Shown: piece by piece, positions 20,750-31,514 of the stretch
Position numbering within the stretch: the stretch's first letter is position 1
Layout: each line of letters begins with the position of its first letter
Source of the DNA: a bacterium
GTDB taxonomy: Bacteria; Hinthialibacterota; Hinthialibacteria; Hinthialibacterales; Hinthialibacteraceae
Assembly: GCA_963662285.2 (NCBI GenBank)
Contig: CAXXMV010000002.1
Span: 320,001-384,000 of the forward strand
DNA length: 64,000 nucleotides
Direction of reading: 5' to 3'
Notes under the pieces: model-generated
What the model was told of the DNA's origin: nothing
Seen by the model: the letters and a program-made list of their open reading frames with translations, nothing else
The model's database searches: none
Position numbers and translations under genes: made by a program

Positions 20750-23038
20750 TCACAAATTTTTCTGCAATCGGCGGCAGGCGTAGACTGCCTGTCCCAGCGA
20801 TATTCCCCCATCGTTAGGCGGTACGATGATATGCCAATAAGGGGTGAAACCTTCCTCCTGTAAACGCCGTACTGTATTTTCGCATAAATAACGGTTTTGG
20901 AAGCAACCGCCGGTTAATACGACGTCCTTTTGTTCTATGCGATTAGCAGTATCAACGATCATTTCTACTAGCGTATTATGGAATCTGGCCGAGCATAGCG
21001 CAATTGAAACGCCTTCGGCGGCATCTGTAAAAATGGCTTGCATCATGGGCGACCAATCGACCACTAAGACGGAATTTTCAGAAGATTGTATTGTAAAAGG
21101 ATAATGTTCAGCAGTCTCAATGCCATGCAGGGCGAATTCCAACTCCATAGCCGCCTGACCCTCGTAGGAAACCTTATGTTTGCCAGCGATGATGGATGCC
21201 ACCCCATCGAACAGCCTTCCCGCGCTGGAGGTTCTGGGGCATTGAATGCCTTTACGCAGCATGTCTCCCAATAGACGCAGGTCAGTGGTAGGGAAAGATT
21301 GCAGGAAAGCCGCGTTGGTTGAATCGAAAGCAGCCTCGCCCATGCATTCATAGAGCAATCCCAGGGCGGTGCGTTGCGGCTGTTTTATGGCTTTGTCTCC
21401 AGAGGGCAGCGGAAAAGTGCGGAGATGAGCCGCGCGTTGATATCCATCACGATCCGCCAGCAGAAATTCACCTCCCCAGATGGTTCCATCCTGCCCTAAT
21501 CCCGTCCCGTCCCACGATACGCCCAGTACTGGCTTATTGATCTGGTTTTCGGCCATGCAAGAGAGAATATGGGCGTAGTGATGCTGCACCTGCATAAGTG
21601 GCGCATTGCTCTGCTTGGCGAATTGGGTTGAGAGATAATCAGGGTGCAGATCGCAAGCAACGGCCAGCGGTTCAGCCTCAAAAACATTTTGGAAACTGGC
21701 GATGACTTCCTCAAACGCCTGATAAGCCTGTTCGGTTTCCAGGTCGCCGATATGCTGGCTGATAAAGATGTTTGGGCCACGGCTAAGCGCAATAGTATTC
21801 TTCAAGTGCGCTCCAACCGCTAGAACTGAGGGCAGTTCGGCGCCCATATCAACTGGCAGCGGCGCATAACCCCGTGCACGGCGCATGATCTGCTGACGCT
21901 TCAGCATGACCCGCACGATGGAGTCATCAACATGGCGCACGATGGGGCGGTTATGGATCAGAAATAAATCAGCGATGCCCCGCAGCCGATGAAGCGCTTC
22001 ATGTTCATCTATGCAAATCGGTTCGTCGGACAGGTTTCCGCTGGTGGCTACAATGGGGAATTTCAGAATACTCATCAAAATATGATGCAGTGGAGTATAG
22101 GGGATCATAGCGCCCAGATAGGGATTATGCGGCGCTATATTCGGAGCCAGGGATGAACCTGTTTGGTCTATTCTTTCCAACAGAACAATGGGTGATTCGG
22201 CGGAAGTCAGAATGCGTTCTTCCAAATCAGAGACATGGCACTCTAACCGCAGACTTTCCAAATTGGGGAACATTAGGGCCAGCGGCTTTTCTTCGCGGCG
22301 CTTTAGCATGCGCAAGCGGGCGACTGCATCCTTGTTTCGCGCATCCACCATCAGGTGGAATCCACCGAGTCCCTTTATTGCAGTAATTTTACCGTGGTTT
22401 AGAGCCTGCGCTGTTTGCAGTATCGCTTCATGATTGTCGGCCAGTATTTTGCCGGATTGATCCCATAGTTCCACTTGCGGACCGCAAACCGGGCAGGCGT
22501 TGGGTTGGGCGTGGAAGCGGCGATCCCGGGGGTCGTCATATTCCGTCTGACACTCTGGACACATGGCGAAGCGCTTCATGCTGGTGTTAGGACGGTCATA
22601 GGGCAGCCCTTCGATTATACTGAAGCGCGGGCCGCAATGCGTGCAGTTGGTGAAGGGATACAGGTAGCGGCGGTTTTGGGGATCGAAAATTTCAGTTAGA
22701 CATGCAGGGCATGTGGCTAAATCGGGCAATAGCAGAGCCGTCTTGCCGCCCTGCTGATCGCTGGAGCGGATTTCAAATCCAACAAATCCCACTGGTTCGA
22801 GAAACTCATGCGTCATACGCTGAATCAAAGCATGTGGCGGCTGCTCCGCCTGGATGCGCTCTAAGAACCATTCTAATCGATGAGGCAGTCCCTCAATTTC
22901 TATGATAACGCCCTGCCCTGTATTGTTGACCCATCCCGGCATCTGCATCTCATCCGCCAGCCGGTATATAAACGGCCGGAAGCCGACGCCTTGTACGGCG
23001 CCGTTGATGATTATGCGGATTCGTTTGGTTTGATTCAT
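20750..23038 (-). CDS. hypF: Carbamoyltransferase HypF
   Basis: Acylphosphatase GAVQGVGFRPF, Zn fingers CxxC, KGLGGFHL, QHHYAH, PPNDGGISLGQ; likely ATG 23038. Confidence 0.97.
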   Translation of the reverse strand: MNQTKRIRIIINGAVQGVGFRPFIYRLADEMQMPGWVNNTGQGVIIEIEGLPHRLEWFLERIQAEQPPHALIQRMTHEFLEPVGFVGFEIRSSDQQGGKTALLLPDLATCPACLTEIFDPQNRRYLYPFTNCTHCGPRFSIIEGLPYDRPNTSMKRFAMCPECQTEYDDPRDRRFHAQPNACPVCGPQVELWDQSGKILADNHEAILQTAQALNHGKITAIKGLGGFHLMVDARNKDAVARLRMLKRREEKPLALMFPNLESLRLECHVSDLEERILTSAESPIVLLERIDQTGSSLAPNIAPHNPYLGAMIPYTPLHHILMSILKFPIVATSGNLSDEPICIDEHEALHRLRGIADLFLIHNRPIVRHVDDSIVRVMLKRQQIMRRARGYAPLPVDMGAELPSVLAVGAHLKNTIALSRGPNIFISQHIGDLETEQAYQAFEEVIASFQNVFEAEPLAVACDLHPDYLSTQFAKQSNAPLMQVQHHYAHILSCMAENQINKPVLGVSWDGTGLGQDGTIWGGEFLLADRDGYQRAAHLRTFPLPSGDKAIKQPQRTALGLLYECMGEAAFDSTNAAFLQSFPTTDLRLLGDMLRKGIQCPRTSSAGRLFDGVASIIAGKHKVSYEGQAAMELEFALHGIETAEHYPFTIQSSENSVLVVDWSPMMQAIFTDAAEGVSIALCSARFHNTLVEMIVDTANRIEQKDVVLTGGCFQNRYLCENTVRRLQEEGFTPYWHIIVPPNDGGISLGQAVYACRRLQKNL

Positions 23039-23048
23039 GGGTGGATTT

Positions 23049-23498
23049 TTATTCCCAATCTTCTTCAGAACCATACTGAGGGGGATTAGGCCCGATTGAT
23101 TCAATTAAATTGGGGTAGGTTACGCCTTCTTCAGGCTTTTTAGGTTTTTTTCTGGTTTTTCTTACCTCAAAATACCAATCGTCGCCAAAATCAAAGTGAT
23201 AGAAAAGTTTCAAACCTTTGGGTAATGGAAAGATGTCTGCAAGGATTATTTTTCCATATTCATCAAATACACACTGAAAATCTTTTTCCCAAGATTCCTC
23301 GACAAACTCGATATTCCGATTATCTATATTACGGCCTGCGAAGAATTCAAACAGATGATCCTGGTCAAAACCAACCGAAGATAAAATAATCGCGTGTAAA
23401 TCCAGAAGCGAAATCCCCGAATCAATTTCAATAACCCTAACGCAGTCTTCTTTAATGTAGATGCCTTCTATGCATTCAATTCTAAATGTCCAGAGCAT
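23049..23498 (-). CDS. pRiA4b ORF-3-like (TnpR-family passenger) protein
   Basis: LLDLH.II...FDQDHLFEF; YHFDFGDDWYFEV; YP...G.NPPQY. Confidence 0.85.
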   Translation of the reverse strand: MLWTFRIECIEGIYIKEDCVRVIEIDSGISLLDLHAIILSSVGFDQDHLFEFFAGRNIDNRNIEFVEESWEKDFQCVFDEYGKIILADIFPLPKGLKLFYHFDFGDDWYFEVRKTRKKPKKPEEGVTYPNLIESIGPNPPQYGSEEDWE

Positions 23499-23676
23499 AA
23501 TTTTTCTCTTTTTTCAAAAAACATTTTAAACAGTTCATTAAAAAATCAGTTGTTTCATGATATACGCTTAAGAACGCCCATAAAGATTTACGTTATAGTA
23601 ATATTTCCGGATATTCCAAAAAATGCTATTCTCACAATTACCGTGTTATTACTACTCGAATAATTAAAATACATCC

Positions 23677-24240
23677 GTGGGTAAAATCAAGAAAATGGAA
23701 ATTCACAACAAGGAATCATTTCACAACCGTATGACGGATATATTCAACCGGGCTTATTTGTTCTGGCATTTCCTGGTTATTCTTCCTTCGATTATCTTGT
23801 TTCTCGCATTGGTGAAACTGGCGATTCCGATGCAATTATGGATATGCCGTTTTACGCAAATTTATATTGGTTCGCTTGAACTCACCATAATTGCTACAAC
23901 AACCATAGCCTTCATAGTTCCTCAACTTTCTTTTTGGGCTATACGAAAGCGAAAATATTTGCTTTTCGGATTTATAATTTCAGTGTTAATTTTGGATATA
24001 GCCGTAATAATTGCTCATGCATCGTATTGCGCTTGGAGTACCGGGAAAGTAGGATCCTTTTATAGTAAGTCGATTACGGTTGAGCAGCTCTATGAGGAAT
24101 GTGGAAAACCATTATTTTACCGGATAATCAAAAATAGCAGATTTGCAATTTATAGTAATGGTAGTACTTATTACATGGTTCCTCTAAATGATAGTGGAAT
24201 CATAAAACAAATGCCGATGGGTTCAATGTGGAATGACTAG
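23677..24240 (+). CDS. Hypothetical 3-TM membrane protein
   Basis: Three hydrophobic segments; AT-rich; start uncertain. Confidence 0.6.
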   Translation: MGKIKKMEIHNKESFHNRMTDIFNRAYLFWHFLVILPSIILFLALVKLAIPMQLWICRFTQIYIGSLELTIIATTTIAFIVPQLSFWAIRKRKYLLFGFIISVLILDIAVIIAHASYCAWSTGKVGSFYSKSITVEQLYEECGKPLFYRIIKNSRFAIYSNGSTYYMVPLNDSGIIKQMPMGSMWND

Positions 24241-24250
24241 ATAATCCGCT

Positions 24251-24868
24251 CTATCGGGTTGCGCCTTGCGCGGTTGAATAGCGCACGAAGGTGAAATCGG
24301 GCTGGTAGGGCCTGGACCAATCCCAGTTTAGTGAGGGGTTGTCAATGGTTTCACCGTCAACCAGAATCTGCACGTCTTCGACGGCGGTGGACTGCGCTGC
24401 AACCGTGTTGACAATGCAATAAATAGAAGCCCATTCGCTTAAAGCGTGCCCCGGGTTGTTTTCAATCAACTCCTTGGAAAAGCTGATGTATACCCGATTA
24501 TCGGAATCGCTCCAAATGACGCTTTGCAACTGAGTCCCTTCTGGGATGGGAGCAATAAGATTAACCGGATTTTTTTGAGTATTAAGCAGTTCTTCAATGG
24601 CGCGGCGGATGCGTCCACTGATGGTATCCGCTTTGAGCACCCTTCGGGTATCGATAACGAATTGATTGTGATCCAGCGTGAGATAGAACAGTTCAATCTC
24701 GATACTGGTATCACTCTCGATAGGAGTGGGGTTGGATATTTTTTCTATTTCAGGAATAGGCAAAGGCGCAGGCGTTGTTTCCAGTTGCCAATAGAGATAA
24801 CCGGAAGCAAGCAGAGCCGCCGAGAGGAGAATCGATAAAAAGAGTACAAGAAAAGTTTTTATATCCAT
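24251..24868 (-). CDS. GerMN domain protein, membrane anchored
   Basis: IEELL...IPEGTQL...YISFSKEL...IYCIVNT...VQILVDGE. Confidence 0.88.
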   Translation of the reverse strand: MDIKTFLVLFLSILLSAALLASGYLYWQLETTPAPLPIPEIEKISNPTPIESDTSIEIELFYLTLDHNQFVIDTRRVLKADTISGRIRRAIEELLNTQKNPVNLIAPIPEGTQLQSVIWSDSDNRVYISFSKELIENNPGHALSEWASIYCIVNTVAAQSTAVEDVQILVDGETIDNPSLNWDWSRPYQPDFTFVRYSTAQGATR

Positions 24869-26160
24869 TATTGAGATTGAGTGGAAAGGGATGATTGATA
24901 TCCCGTTCTTTCATATAAGAAGTCATTAATGGCCAAATAGATTTTATATGCAATTTCCTCTTGCACCCGTGACCTTGATAGGTGTTGGGCGGTGTCGTGA
25001 TGAGCCAGGTTGCCCAGTTCGATCAAAACGCCGGGCATGGTTAATCCACGAAGCACTTGCAGCCGACCCGGCCGGGGAGAGGAATCCATAGTGATAATTT
25101 TTGCGTAAGAATAATAATCTTTCAGTTGAAAATGTATAACGCGCGCTAAACGAAGACTTTCAAGCACATGGTTTTGATATGCTGAATCCCAGCGGGAAGA
25201 TTGATCATCGGCAGCTATAGATTCTCTTGATGGTGGATCAATGGAATCTAATTGAGGATTCATGAAAAAAATCGCTGCTTGCGAAATTGCATCTGTATAT
25301 AGAGCGCCGCACTGAATACTGATAAAAAGGTCTGCATTGCTTTGGTTTGCGAAACCAGCGCGTTGCTCTGGAGTAAGAGCAACTCCATCATTCATCGTAT
25401 TGGTAAAAAGAACTTCGTAATTGGGTGACTCCAGAATAAGTTCCGCCAGGTTTTGGCTGATTTTCTGAGTTATATCCGATTCACGAATACTGGTTGGCAG
25501 AATAGATTGCTTAGCATTTTTGCTTGTTCCCGGATCGATAACAATAACCGCCCGTGGCGCTGTATGACTATCGGCCGTCGGCGCCGGTTCGAAGGGTATA
25601 GTTGGAGTCGCGATTAGATCCTCAAAACTGGGGAAGACAATATCTGGAGTAGGAGTGTTTTGCGGAACAACAGGCGTTGCCTGGAATAAAGGAAATGGCG
25701 TTGGTGATGGCTCTGAAACAGGATTGTTGTTAACAAGACCGGGATCCGCGTCTCCTTCTTTCCACTGTGCGCCGGGTAATAAAAATTGCTTAATGTTTAT
25801 GAAGGGGATATATATCCGGCTTTGATGCCGAATGGATTTTTTCCCGGTATGAATGACTTTATTACCGACTAAAACCCTTTGTTCGCCAACTTTTAAGCCA
25901 ACTTTTATCCCGTCTTTACGTATGAATATTATGGTTCCGGATAAGCCGTCGAATTGCCATCGATTGGGGAAGAACAAAACCAACTGAGCAGCGCGTACAT
26001 ATTCACCATTCTGCAGAAGTTCGGTTTTTAAGGGTATCGGCTGATTATCAAGTATGCCTAGCATCTCGCGAGATGAAGCCGTCTCGGCGTTGAGCAGAGA
26101 AACGATAACCGGGAAGAACCAAATTGCAAAAGTGAGATAAGGTTTATATTTCATTAACAT
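24868..26160 (-). CDS. N-acetylmuramoyl-L-alanine amidase (Amidase_3) homolog, likely Zn-free
   Basis: Signal peptide, Pro/Thr linker, VIDPGT, RAGFANQSNADLFISIQC, VLRGLTMPGVLIELG. Confidence 0.82.
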   Translation of the reverse strand: MLMKYKPYLTFAIWFFPVIVSLLNAETASSREMLGILDNQPIPLKTELLQNGEYVRAAQLVLFFPNRWQFDGLSGTIIFIRKDGIKVGLKVGEQRVLVGNKVIHTGKKSIRHQSRIYIPFINIKQFLLPGAQWKEGDADPGLVNNNPVSEPSPTPFPLFQATPVVPQNTPTPDIVFPSFEDLIATPTIPFEPAPTADSHTAPRAVIVIDPGTSKNAKQSILPTSIRESDITQKISQNLAELILESPNYEVLFTNTMNDGVALTPEQRAGFANQSNADLFISIQCGALYTDAISQAAIFFMNPQLDSIDPPSRESIAADDQSSRWDSAYQNHVLESLRLARVIHFQLKDYYSYAKIITMDSSPRPGRLQVLRGLTMPGVLIELGNLAHHDTAQHLSRSRVQEEIAYKIYLAINDFLYERTGYQSSLSTQSQ

Positions 26161-26260
26161 AACGTAGATATTCTAGGTTAAACATACGAACACCGGGAGT
26201 ACTTTAGGGCGATTGATTATAAATACCTATACTATATGACTTTGTTGAAGGCTAAAAAAT

Positions 26261-29200
26261 TCAACTTGTTTCTTCTTTTACTATTATTAGCGGATCGTAT
26301 GGAGGGAAAATAATTCGCCCTAGACCTTCAGAGCGTCGTCCGTCCATTCGAACATGATAATAACGCAGGCAATTATGAGTCTCGATCTTCACAATGGTCC
26401 AATGATTGTCAGGAGGAACGTCAAATCGATTAGGAAGATCGATTGATGGAAATTTAAGCGTTTTGCTTTTACCTGAATCAATGCTGAAATAGCGCTGCCG
26501 GGGAGAAAAAGAAGTTAGCGAATAATCTCCCACTATGGAGCATGGCCATGCCTCTATGGGGGTGATCAAGCGTAGCGTCCCCGACAATTGGTATGGATTA
26601 TCGTTTTGAATTTTGATATTAAATGATTCACGCCTTAATGTCATGGCGATTTCATAATCAACAATTTGTCCGATGTTTAGAATATCTTCTATCAGCAGCT
26701 GTCCTTGAGTGGTTCGAACCTTGATAAATCCATCTTGAGTGGAATCTTCTCGAAGAATTTGTAAAGGAATAACCTGATAAGAACCGCCTTCCAGTCTATA
26801 AGGAACTCGCGATGGTAATGGTCGCCAATAAGGCGGGGTAAGGATTTCCACTTCTCCATTGAACGTTTCGGTAGGAGAATTGTTAACTATAACCAATTCA
26901 ACAGGATGTACGGTAGCCTGGTCTTGCGGGTAGTGATTCTTGATTCCACCGCGAATAGATAGCGTGACTGGCAGGAATCCCAAAGGCGCCGCACCGAGGT
27001 TATGTCTCCAATACCTTGCGGGAGCATAGATTTGAGTTTTGGCATCATCCGGTTCAACGGTTTCCTTCTTTTTCCGCTCAACAGGCAGATCAATGTTGAG
27101 GGTAAGTATTTCGTTGGCATGAGCAATCGTGCGGATAAATTGTTCTTCACGGAAAACTTCGCGTTTCTTTGCTAAAGGCTGTTCGTCAATGCGTACGGCT
27201 TTAACTGATTTGACTGGTTTGCTGGATTCGAGCCAGACGTTGGATTCTTCTCCATGCGTCTCGTATAGACGAACTATAATTGACGATTTAGATTTTGGCG
27301 AAGCATATTCCGCTTCGGGATACCCCGCCGGCTTGATGCCGGAGATCAGGATATTGTTTGGTTCGACGGAAAGGAACGAAGATGAAGCAGGCAATGTTCC
27401 TTCGTGCGGCATTACCGCAAGAGTCATCGGTTCATGGTTATATTCCATAGCCCGGCGGGGGATTTCGGCATGACGCCAGTCGCCGCGATGAGGCAGAAGC
27501 CGGTAACGGAAAATGTGAGATTTTTGTTCAGCGAAGTCGAAGGGCCATGTGGTTTGAGGTTTGGGGCATGGCGTGGTATGCATCAAGGCAGTGACCAGCG
27601 TCCCATCCGGCTCAAGGCTGCAAAGAGTGTTGCCCAGGTTAAGCATGGAGAAACCGTAATCTTGAACGATTTCACTCTCGGGAAGAAAACATGCTATATG
27701 AGGGCATTCCCAACGGTGCGCGATAGTGGATTGGATCATATCGTCTACCGTTTGGGTGGTGAAAGCTTCGGTTTTTCCTGCGAAAATGAATACCGGGCGT
27801 TCGAAGCCATTTTGTTGGTCTTGAACAGCCAATATGACAAATCCAAATTCTTCTAGGTTATGTTCGTAATATTTTCTTGCCTTAAAATTCTGTTTAAGCA
27901 AGTTATTGGTATAAGCGTTTTCTTCGGCTGATCCGATGCTGAAAACACAGGAACGGAAGAGCAAATCCTTTGTGGAATTATCCGTGTCGTATCGGGGAGT
28001 GCAGGTGACGCCATGCCGGGCAAGATGCATCATCAAGCGTTGCCGTAAATCAGAGTAACGGTCGCGTGCAACAACGATTTCTGATGGACCTATAGCCAGG
28101 TTGGAGGATTCTTCTTTGCCATCCATAAACCGGCAAAGAAGAGACCATGATACATCCACCCAACGGTAACATGAATTCATGGCGTGCTGGGAATCCCATT
28201 TCAGGAAGGAACTGAAATAATTCATCTGTTTCCGGTTGCGTCGATAGGCTTTGGCGTAGAACCGGTCTTCGAGAATGGGCCGTGCGCCGGGCAGGTCAAG
28301 AGGAAAGGCAACGGTATACAGATCACGGTTTTCATCAGGCGACTGGGATGGATCGTATAACTCACGTCCCTGATAATTCTCTAGAATGGTAATGCAATCG
28401 ATGTGCGGAGCATTGCGGTATAAGCGAATTTCTTGAATGCGATTGCAGGGTCCGGGTCCGGAGGCGCGAATTAATAAGCGGGAACTGACTGGTCCTTCCA
28501 GGGATTTTACATCGGCTGGCGAATCGGCGGCGCTGATTTTTTCTCCAGTCGTCAAAAGGCGCCAGGCTGGTTCATCCCCTGCTCCTTGAGAAAGAAGAAC
28601 TACATTGTTGGCTGGGTCGGCATGGCTGGTGTTGATAAATTCCTTGCCGGATTCTTTATCAATCAGGCTTACTATGCCTCCACCTCTATCAGGATCGACT
28701 TCAACGCGTAAAAAGTCATTTTCGATCCAGGGCTGACTTTGGGTTTCGAGCAGGAAGGGGATTTCAATTCCATCCCGCTTGACGAAATCGCGCCGGGTGT
28801 AGCCGGTTGCAGGCAGCTGGTTTTCCGTCCAGGTAGCCAGCAGGCGTGAGACTGATCCGTCGGCGTTATGTTCTGCTCTCTCAATTTCATAGGGGACAGG
28901 TTCTTCGTCTTCGTCTACTAGTTCCATCGGTTCAATTTCTCCCTGGACATCGAACCAATGTTGAATGACGCCATCCCTCATCCAGGGCAGGCAGTTGAAT
29001 AGCAATAATGAATCGTTGCTCTTTTCGGGAGGTACGGAAATCCGGGCGGCGAGAGATTCCAGTGTCGAACGCAATTCTTTATCTGCAACATCCAATCCCT
29101 CGCGATAAATATCTAAAACATCGGCGTAAACGATATCCGTTCCGCATCCGGTGATGCCATCGTGGTGTTGACAGAATAATAATTGACGCCATGCATAATC

Positions 29201-30199
29201 CAGTTCGGCGGATGGATAAGTTATGCCATGCAGAGATGCAATAACGCCCCACATTTCCGCTTCGAAGAGTCTATTTTCAAGAAGCCGGTTAGCCAGCTTT
29301 AAGTCGATGCGTGACAATTCACAGCCTTCGTTATATTGCGACATATCACGGGTGACTGGTTCGAGGACTATTTTTTTACTGGCTGCCAGGGTGTGGACGC
29401 ACGAGAAGTATCGCGTGGCCGCCGCGCCGGTTAATATTAGATGAGGGTTTTCTTCAGCCAGTTCGCGGCAATGACCAAGCACCGATGTGCGTGGCGAGCG
29501 CATATCGCCTGCATCCAATACAAGGTTTACATTTAGATTGGGAAATTCCTTCTGAATTCCGTCTAATTTTTGCTTTGCATAGTCTTGGAGCGTTACGCCT
29601 TCCGGTACGGCGTAATCGGTGCGTCGAGCATAAACCGACGAACCGTTGGGTGCGAACCATTGAAACAGATCCGGCATACCGGGAACCAGGATGGTTGGAT
29701 CACGGTAATTACCGCGTGTGAATACTGTTGCCTGAAAACCACATCCCGTCAGGATTTGAGGTAATTGTGGGATATGCCCGAAAACATCCCATGCCATAAA
29801 AACAGGCGCTTCATAACCGGTAAGAGTATTATGATACCGGGAACCAATCAGGATATTGCGTATTAATGATTCACCTGATATGGTCGTTTCATTTGGTTGG
29901 TTGTACGAGCCTCCAGATGCGCAACGTTCCTGTTGTATTAAGCGCGTCACCCACGCCCGTTCTTCGGGATAAAGGTCCAGATAAGGTTTAAGGTAATCAA
30001 TTTCAGATAGATATACTCCGTAATAGGGATCAGCACGACATGCGAGTAAAAATTGTCGCATCAAAGACAGGCATTGTTCGATATATTCCGCCTGCGTTTT
30101 TTCCCAAACCGGATCCGCGTGGAATCCAGGAAGGCAAAAAGTAGTAGGCTTTTTTTGGCGTAATTTTCGAAGTCCGTATCGATTACCGGAAAACAACAT
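26261..30199 (-). CDS. Glycoside hydrolase family 38 alpha-mannosidase
   Basis: HADPVW, GESLIRN, WDVFGH, QHHDGITG, VRLYETHG; likely ATG 30199. Confidence 0.9.
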   Translation of the reverse strand: MLFSGNRYGLRKLRQKKPTTFCLPGFHADPVWEKTQAEYIEQCLSLMRQFLLACRADPYYGVYLSEIDYLKPYLDLYPEERAWVTRLIQQERCASGGSYNQPNETTISGESLIRNILIGSRYHNTLTGYEAPVFMAWDVFGHIPQLPQILTGCGFQATVFTRGNYRDPTILVPGMPDLFQWFAPNGSSVYARRTDYAVPEGVTLQDYAKQKLDGIQKEFPNLNVNLVLDAGDMRSPRTSVLGHCRELAEENPHLILTGAAATRYFSCVHTLAASKKIVLEPVTRDMSQYNEGCELSRIDLKLANRLLENRLFEAEMWGVIASLHGITYPSAELDYAWRQLLFCQHHDGITGCGTDIVYADVLDIYREGLDVADKELRSTLESLAARISVPPEKSNDSLLLFNCLPWMRDGVIQHWFDVQGEIEPMELVDEDEEPVPYEIERAEHNADGSVSRLLATWTENQLPATGYTRRDFVKRDGIEIPFLLETQSQPWIENDFLRVEVDPDRGGGIVSLIDKESGKEFINTSHADPANNVVLLSQGAGDEPAWRLLTTGEKISAADSPADVKSLEGPVSSRLLIRASGPGPCNRIQEIRLYRNAPHIDCITILENYQGRELYDPSQSPDENRDLYTVAFPLDLPGARPILEDRFYAKAYRRNRKQMNYFSSFLKWDSQHAMNSCYRWVDVSWSLLCRFMDGKEESSNLAIGPSEIVVARDRYSDLRQRLMMHLARHGVTCTPRYDTDNSTKDLLFRSCVFSIGSAEENAYTNNLLKQNFKARKYYEHNLEEFGFVILAVQDQQNGFERPVFIFAGKTEAFTTQTVDDMIQSTIAHRWECPHIACFLPESEIVQDYGFSMLNLGNTLCSLEPDGTLVTALMHTTPCPKPQTTWPFDFAEQKSHIFRYRLLPHRGDWRHAEIPRRAMEYNHEPMTLAVMPHEGTLPASSSFLSVEPNNILISGIKPAGYPEAEYASPKSKSSIIVRLYETHGEESNVWLESSKPVKSVKAVRIDEQPLAKKREVFREEQFIRTIAHANEILTLNIDLPVERKKKETVEPDDAKTQIYAPARYWRHNLGAAPLGFLPVTLSIRGGIKNHYPQDQATVHPVELVIVNNSPTETFNGEVEILTPPYWRPLPSRVPYRLEGGSYQVIPLQILREDSTQDGFIKVRTTQGQLLIEDILNIGQIVDYEIAMTLRRESFNIKIQNDNPYQLSGTLRLITPIEAWPCSIVGDYSLTSFSPRQRYFSIDSGKSKTLKFPSIDLPNRFDVPPDNHWTIVKIETHNCLRYYHVRMDGRRSEGLGRIIFPPYDPLIIVKEETS

Positions 30200-30616
30200 T
30201 GATATTTCACCAGAGTTATAGTGTTTTGAATAATAACGTTTATATTCGCATTCCGAAAAAACCGGAAAATATTGGCTTTTTCGAAGACAAGGGCGATAAT
30301 AAACTAATATAAATTTCAGAACCACTCAAATATACATGTTAGCAAGAACAGTTCATTGAAACAAAACGTCAGAATGCTAGGATATCAAAGAAGTTAATAA
30401 TGAAATAGACCACTGAATAATAGAATTGCGTTCTTATTGATTATTATAGTATTTTTAAACTTGTAAAAGGTTGAGGATTAAAGCCATAATACGGTAAAAT
30501 GTTTCATGGATATTTGAATGAAAAAGAGATTTATTGTGTCTAATAATAATGACGAAAAAGTATTGTTGTCTATACGTATATTAATATAAAAGAAGTGGTT
30601 ATGGACTGTTTAAGAG

Positions 30617-31507
30617 GTGAATGTGAGTGATATTGAGTTGTTGAGCGCCTTAAATGATGATTGGTTCGAGGAGGATATTCCTCCTGCGGAGGCGGTTGTT
30701 TTGCATGGCGGATGTGTAAAAGGCTCTCCAGATGTAATTCTTTATGATATTGATTTGAGGATTTTAGAAGGTGAATGCTTTGGGATCGTTGGCCCCGGAG
30801 GGGCAGGAAAAACTACCCTACTGCATGTAATACTGGGATTAAAACATCTTTCGACGGGAAAAGTGGAACTATTTTCTTCTTTTCCTACGTCACGCTTACG
30901 CAGAGAACTCTCTATTGGTTATCTTCCTCAGTTTACAGAGATTCCACAAAATGTTCCCGCGACCTTGATGGATTATGTGTTAATGGGATTACGAAACGTG
31001 CGGGGTCCGTTCCGCCGCGTGACGCGCATGGACATGCTATATATGGAGAACCTTCTGATGGCGCTCCATCTGGAGCATAAAATCAACCAGCCAGTTGGTT
31101 ATTTCTCCCCCGGAGATCAGCATAAAATACAGATTATCAGAGCGCTTGCGGCTGAGCCTAATCTGTTGGTGTTGGATGAACCTTTTCAGAGGCTTGATCC
31201 TCAGGGACGCAAGGTTTTAGTGCGTTTACTGGCTGATTTGCAACGCAGGAACAATGCCACCATCATTATTACTGCTCAGGATGGTGAACCATTGACTGCG
31301 ATCTGCGACAATATCGCCTGTCTGAATCACTCTCTTTTGTGGATAACTGAAAGCGATCAGATAAATAGTGAAGTTTGGGCTGATCCATGCAATTGTATAC
31401 CAATTCAGGATGAGGGTGAATCAGATGAAATGGATGAGTTTGAATCCGTGTCGGAGGAGCGTGACAGCTATGCGCCCCACAATCATCCAATACAATTTTG
31501 GCGATAG
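30617..31507 (+). CDS. Metal (Zn/Mn) ABC transporter ATP-binding subunit, divergent
   Basis: Walker A GPGGAGKTT, IGYLPQ, Walker B LLVLDEP; signature FSPGD; H-loop AQD. Confidence 0.8.
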   Translation: MNVSDIELLSALNDDWFEEDIPPAEAVVLHGGCVKGSPDVILYDIDLRILEGECFGIVGPGGAGKTTLLHVILGLKHLSTGKVELFSSFPTSRLRRELSIGYLPQFTEIPQNVPATLMDYVLMGLRNVRGPFRRVTRMDMLYMENLLMALHLEHKINQPVGYFSPGDQHKIQIIRALAAEPNLLVLDEPFQRLDPQGRKVLVRLLADLQRRNNATIIITAQDGEPLTAICDNIACLNHSLLWITESDQINSEVWADPCNCIPIQDEGESDEMDEFESVSEERDSYAPHNHPIQFWR

Positions 31508-31514
31508 ATAAAAT

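Noticed and set aside
18175-23038. Higher GC of the hyp genes as evidence of horizontal transfer
   Set aside because: Spot counts show ruvB is similarly GC-rich; no mobility genes or boundaries
23049-23498. pRiA4b ORF-3/TnpR-like gene as a mobile element
   Set aside because: No transposase, terminal inverted repeats or target duplication visible
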